From NCBI GenBank assembly GCA_013239625.1, contig MU053881.1:12042879-12106878 (forward strand): a stretch of 64,000 nucleotides of DNA, written 5' to 3'. Both the position numbers and the translations under genes were made by a program. The notes beneath the pieces were generated by a model that did not search any database, had not been told where the DNA came from, and saw nothing but the letters and a program-made list of their open reading frames with translations. This DNA comes from Lama guanicoe (lineage: Eukaryota). Positions 61,923-64,000 of the stretch are shown here, in pieces (the first letter of the stretch is position 1; each line of letters starts with the position of its first letter).

Positions 61923-64000
61923 ACATTACATTTGTTCCAACAACATTACAACTGTTTCATTCATTTTTAGGAGGCAAGTATTTACTGGTGCTCTCCTTTC
62001 AATGGTTAATGCGGTAATTCCCCACCCCTGTGCCAAATTTAATTCATGTGCAAATTTTTATATTCGCTTTGTCAAATCTTGATCCAGGTATAAATTTTAC
62101 ATTTTCTATAACTCGATTATTCATATTGCTAGATATCTGTGAGTGTTCTTATGATAGCAGAGACCAGAGCATATTTTTCTTCAAACAATAGATAAGAGGC
62201 AAACATGTAACTTTGAGTCAGGACCAAAAAAATAAAAATAGTAACAAGAAAACAGCTCATGTTTCTGGAACACAGAAGGGCTTTGAATCATTATCATGCA
62301 TGAGCGAGCAACAGGGGCAGTAACAATTCACCTCTATAAAACAAGACATCCTAAAAAACAACCAAGAAATGAGAAGGATTCCTAAGGATGTTTAAATTAA
62401 AAACAAGACAGAAAGAAGTGATGGATCTATCTTCCACAGTAACAATTTAGTGTTTTGAGTCTTAGAAGCTTGCCTCCTCTCAAAATCTAGTATTATTCAA
62501 AAGTGCCTTAAGAACCTAAGAACACAGAGAGGATTAAGAAGTTGATGTTGCTGGTCTGGAGACCCCACTCTGGGCTACAGGCCTAGAGTTAAATCGCATG
62601 ACTTATTTAAGCACCATCCCTTAACTTTAGTATTATGAAAACTAAAGACCTTTGAACTTTCGTCCTAAAGAATCTGCTTGATTAATTCAGGGGTGGGCCC
62701 CAGAATCTATAAATGATTGTGACAGGACCAATTTGGAAAACTCTGAAAGAGATGGTAATCCTTGAAGAGTTCTTTCCTCACCATGCCTTGCATCTCATTC
62801 TACTGCGATCACTTTCCCATCCAGAATTGCCCATAAGGACTCACTGCTGATCACTTGATTTCTACTTAGGTATGCTATTAGAAATAAATGTTATACTGCA
62901 TATATGCTCCCAGTCTCACAGACATTCTGTTAATGGAAATTACTACACACCAACTTCATACTGAACATGCCCTTTAAAAATAAGACATTGAAAGACGTGA
63001 GCAGTTCAAGATGCCCCTTCTCCTGAAAACCTCCACATGATGCTAAAGTTTGCCCGAGACTTTTCCAGTGTTAGCACTGAAACTCTTGCAGCCCAGGAAC
63101 CCCTTAGTTCCAGGCAAGCTGAAACAGTTTGTAACCCCATCATTCTGCGGTTGAATCCTCATGTTTCCCAGATGCCTTTTAGAAGTGGAAGCAGTGAAAA
63201 CAAACAAAAACCCTTTAATCTAGAGCTACTTCTTCTTTTTCAGTTACACTGTTGCATATTTTTCAGAGCAGGAAACAAAACATTAAACAGCCAAATCCAG
63301 GAGTGACTTGGGGGCAAATAGTGAAATGTATTCAACTTTCTATCCCCAAGGTCTAGCCTAGTAGTGTCTGACACTGTGACAGGTATTCAATAAAGTTTGG
63401 TGGATGAAAGAGGTTGGAGGACTTGAAAACACTGCTTTCCGTATGCAAGAAAGAAGTCATTTCCTCCTGTGAATATGCTCAGAGTTGGTTCTCTGCACAC
63501 CCAACCACCAAAAAGTGAATTCTACCAATCTTTAGTTATGTTTCAGGTAAATGCTCCACTTGCAAACTAGGCTTACTCCTGCAAATGATCCTCATAAAAC
63601 AGTAGCTCTCAAGTTTATCTGTCAGAAGAATGGATGAAGTGCCACAGAAGAGATCTGTCATCTGTTGTGAAGTTTGCTTTGGGAAAATAAATAAATGCAT
63701 GTATTTACACAATTAAAGATCAGGGCACTGACCTGAGGCTTTCTGATGTCTACCAGGAAAGTCAGATTAAGTGTATACATTTCTCCTGATTCCCAGTGAC
63801 AGCTGGGAGGCATTTGACAGCCACTCTAACAGTAGAAAAGCTTCTTCCTAAGAAGGAGAAAACTATAGAACCAAATACCAAGCTAGGACACTGAAACAAA
63901 GGCTTTCTAGAGATTTTTCAATAAAAAGGCTTAGGAAAAATTTCTGACTTTTGTTTGAGACATGTATCATAGGAACAACAGTTAAAAATTTTAGAAATCA

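Noticed and set aside
450..63306. The many 60-130 aa ORFs in the supplied track as genes
   Set aside because: Many start at TTG/GTG, lie inside repeats or low-complexity DNA, and none resembles a protein I recognise apart from L1 remnants; this is expected noise in mammalian non-coding DNA.
1..64000. CRISPR array, operon or prokaryotic defence system
   Set aside because: No regularly spaced repeat-spacer array and no gene-dense coding; the DNA is clearly mammalian.

Overview
AT-rich, CpG-depleted mammalian nuclear DNA, not prokaryotic. It is most likely camelid: two tRNA-derived Vic-1-type SINEs and artiodactyl-type young L1 3' ends are present, and I saw no Alu, B1, Bov-A/BovB or PRE-1. A large part of the window is interspersed repeat (L1 of several ages, L2, MIR, MaLR/ERVL/ERV1 solo LTRs, hAT and Tigger MITEs) plus microsatellites and one 308-N gap. 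I could not recognise any host protein-coding exon, RNA gene or CpG-island promoter, so it reads as deep intronic or intergenic. The only recognisable protein sequence is L1-derived. The best-supported structures are: a three-level L1 nest with both target-site duplication (TSD) pairs visible, which creates an in-frame ORF1-ORF2 chimeric ORF; a twin-primed inverted L1; two apparent short L1 3' transductions; and three non-tandem local direct duplications. Candidate minus-strand exons are reported only as low-confidence hypotheses. Repeat family names come from recalled consensus motifs, not a search, and boundaries without TSDs are approximate. I found no evidence for a novel multi-gene system.
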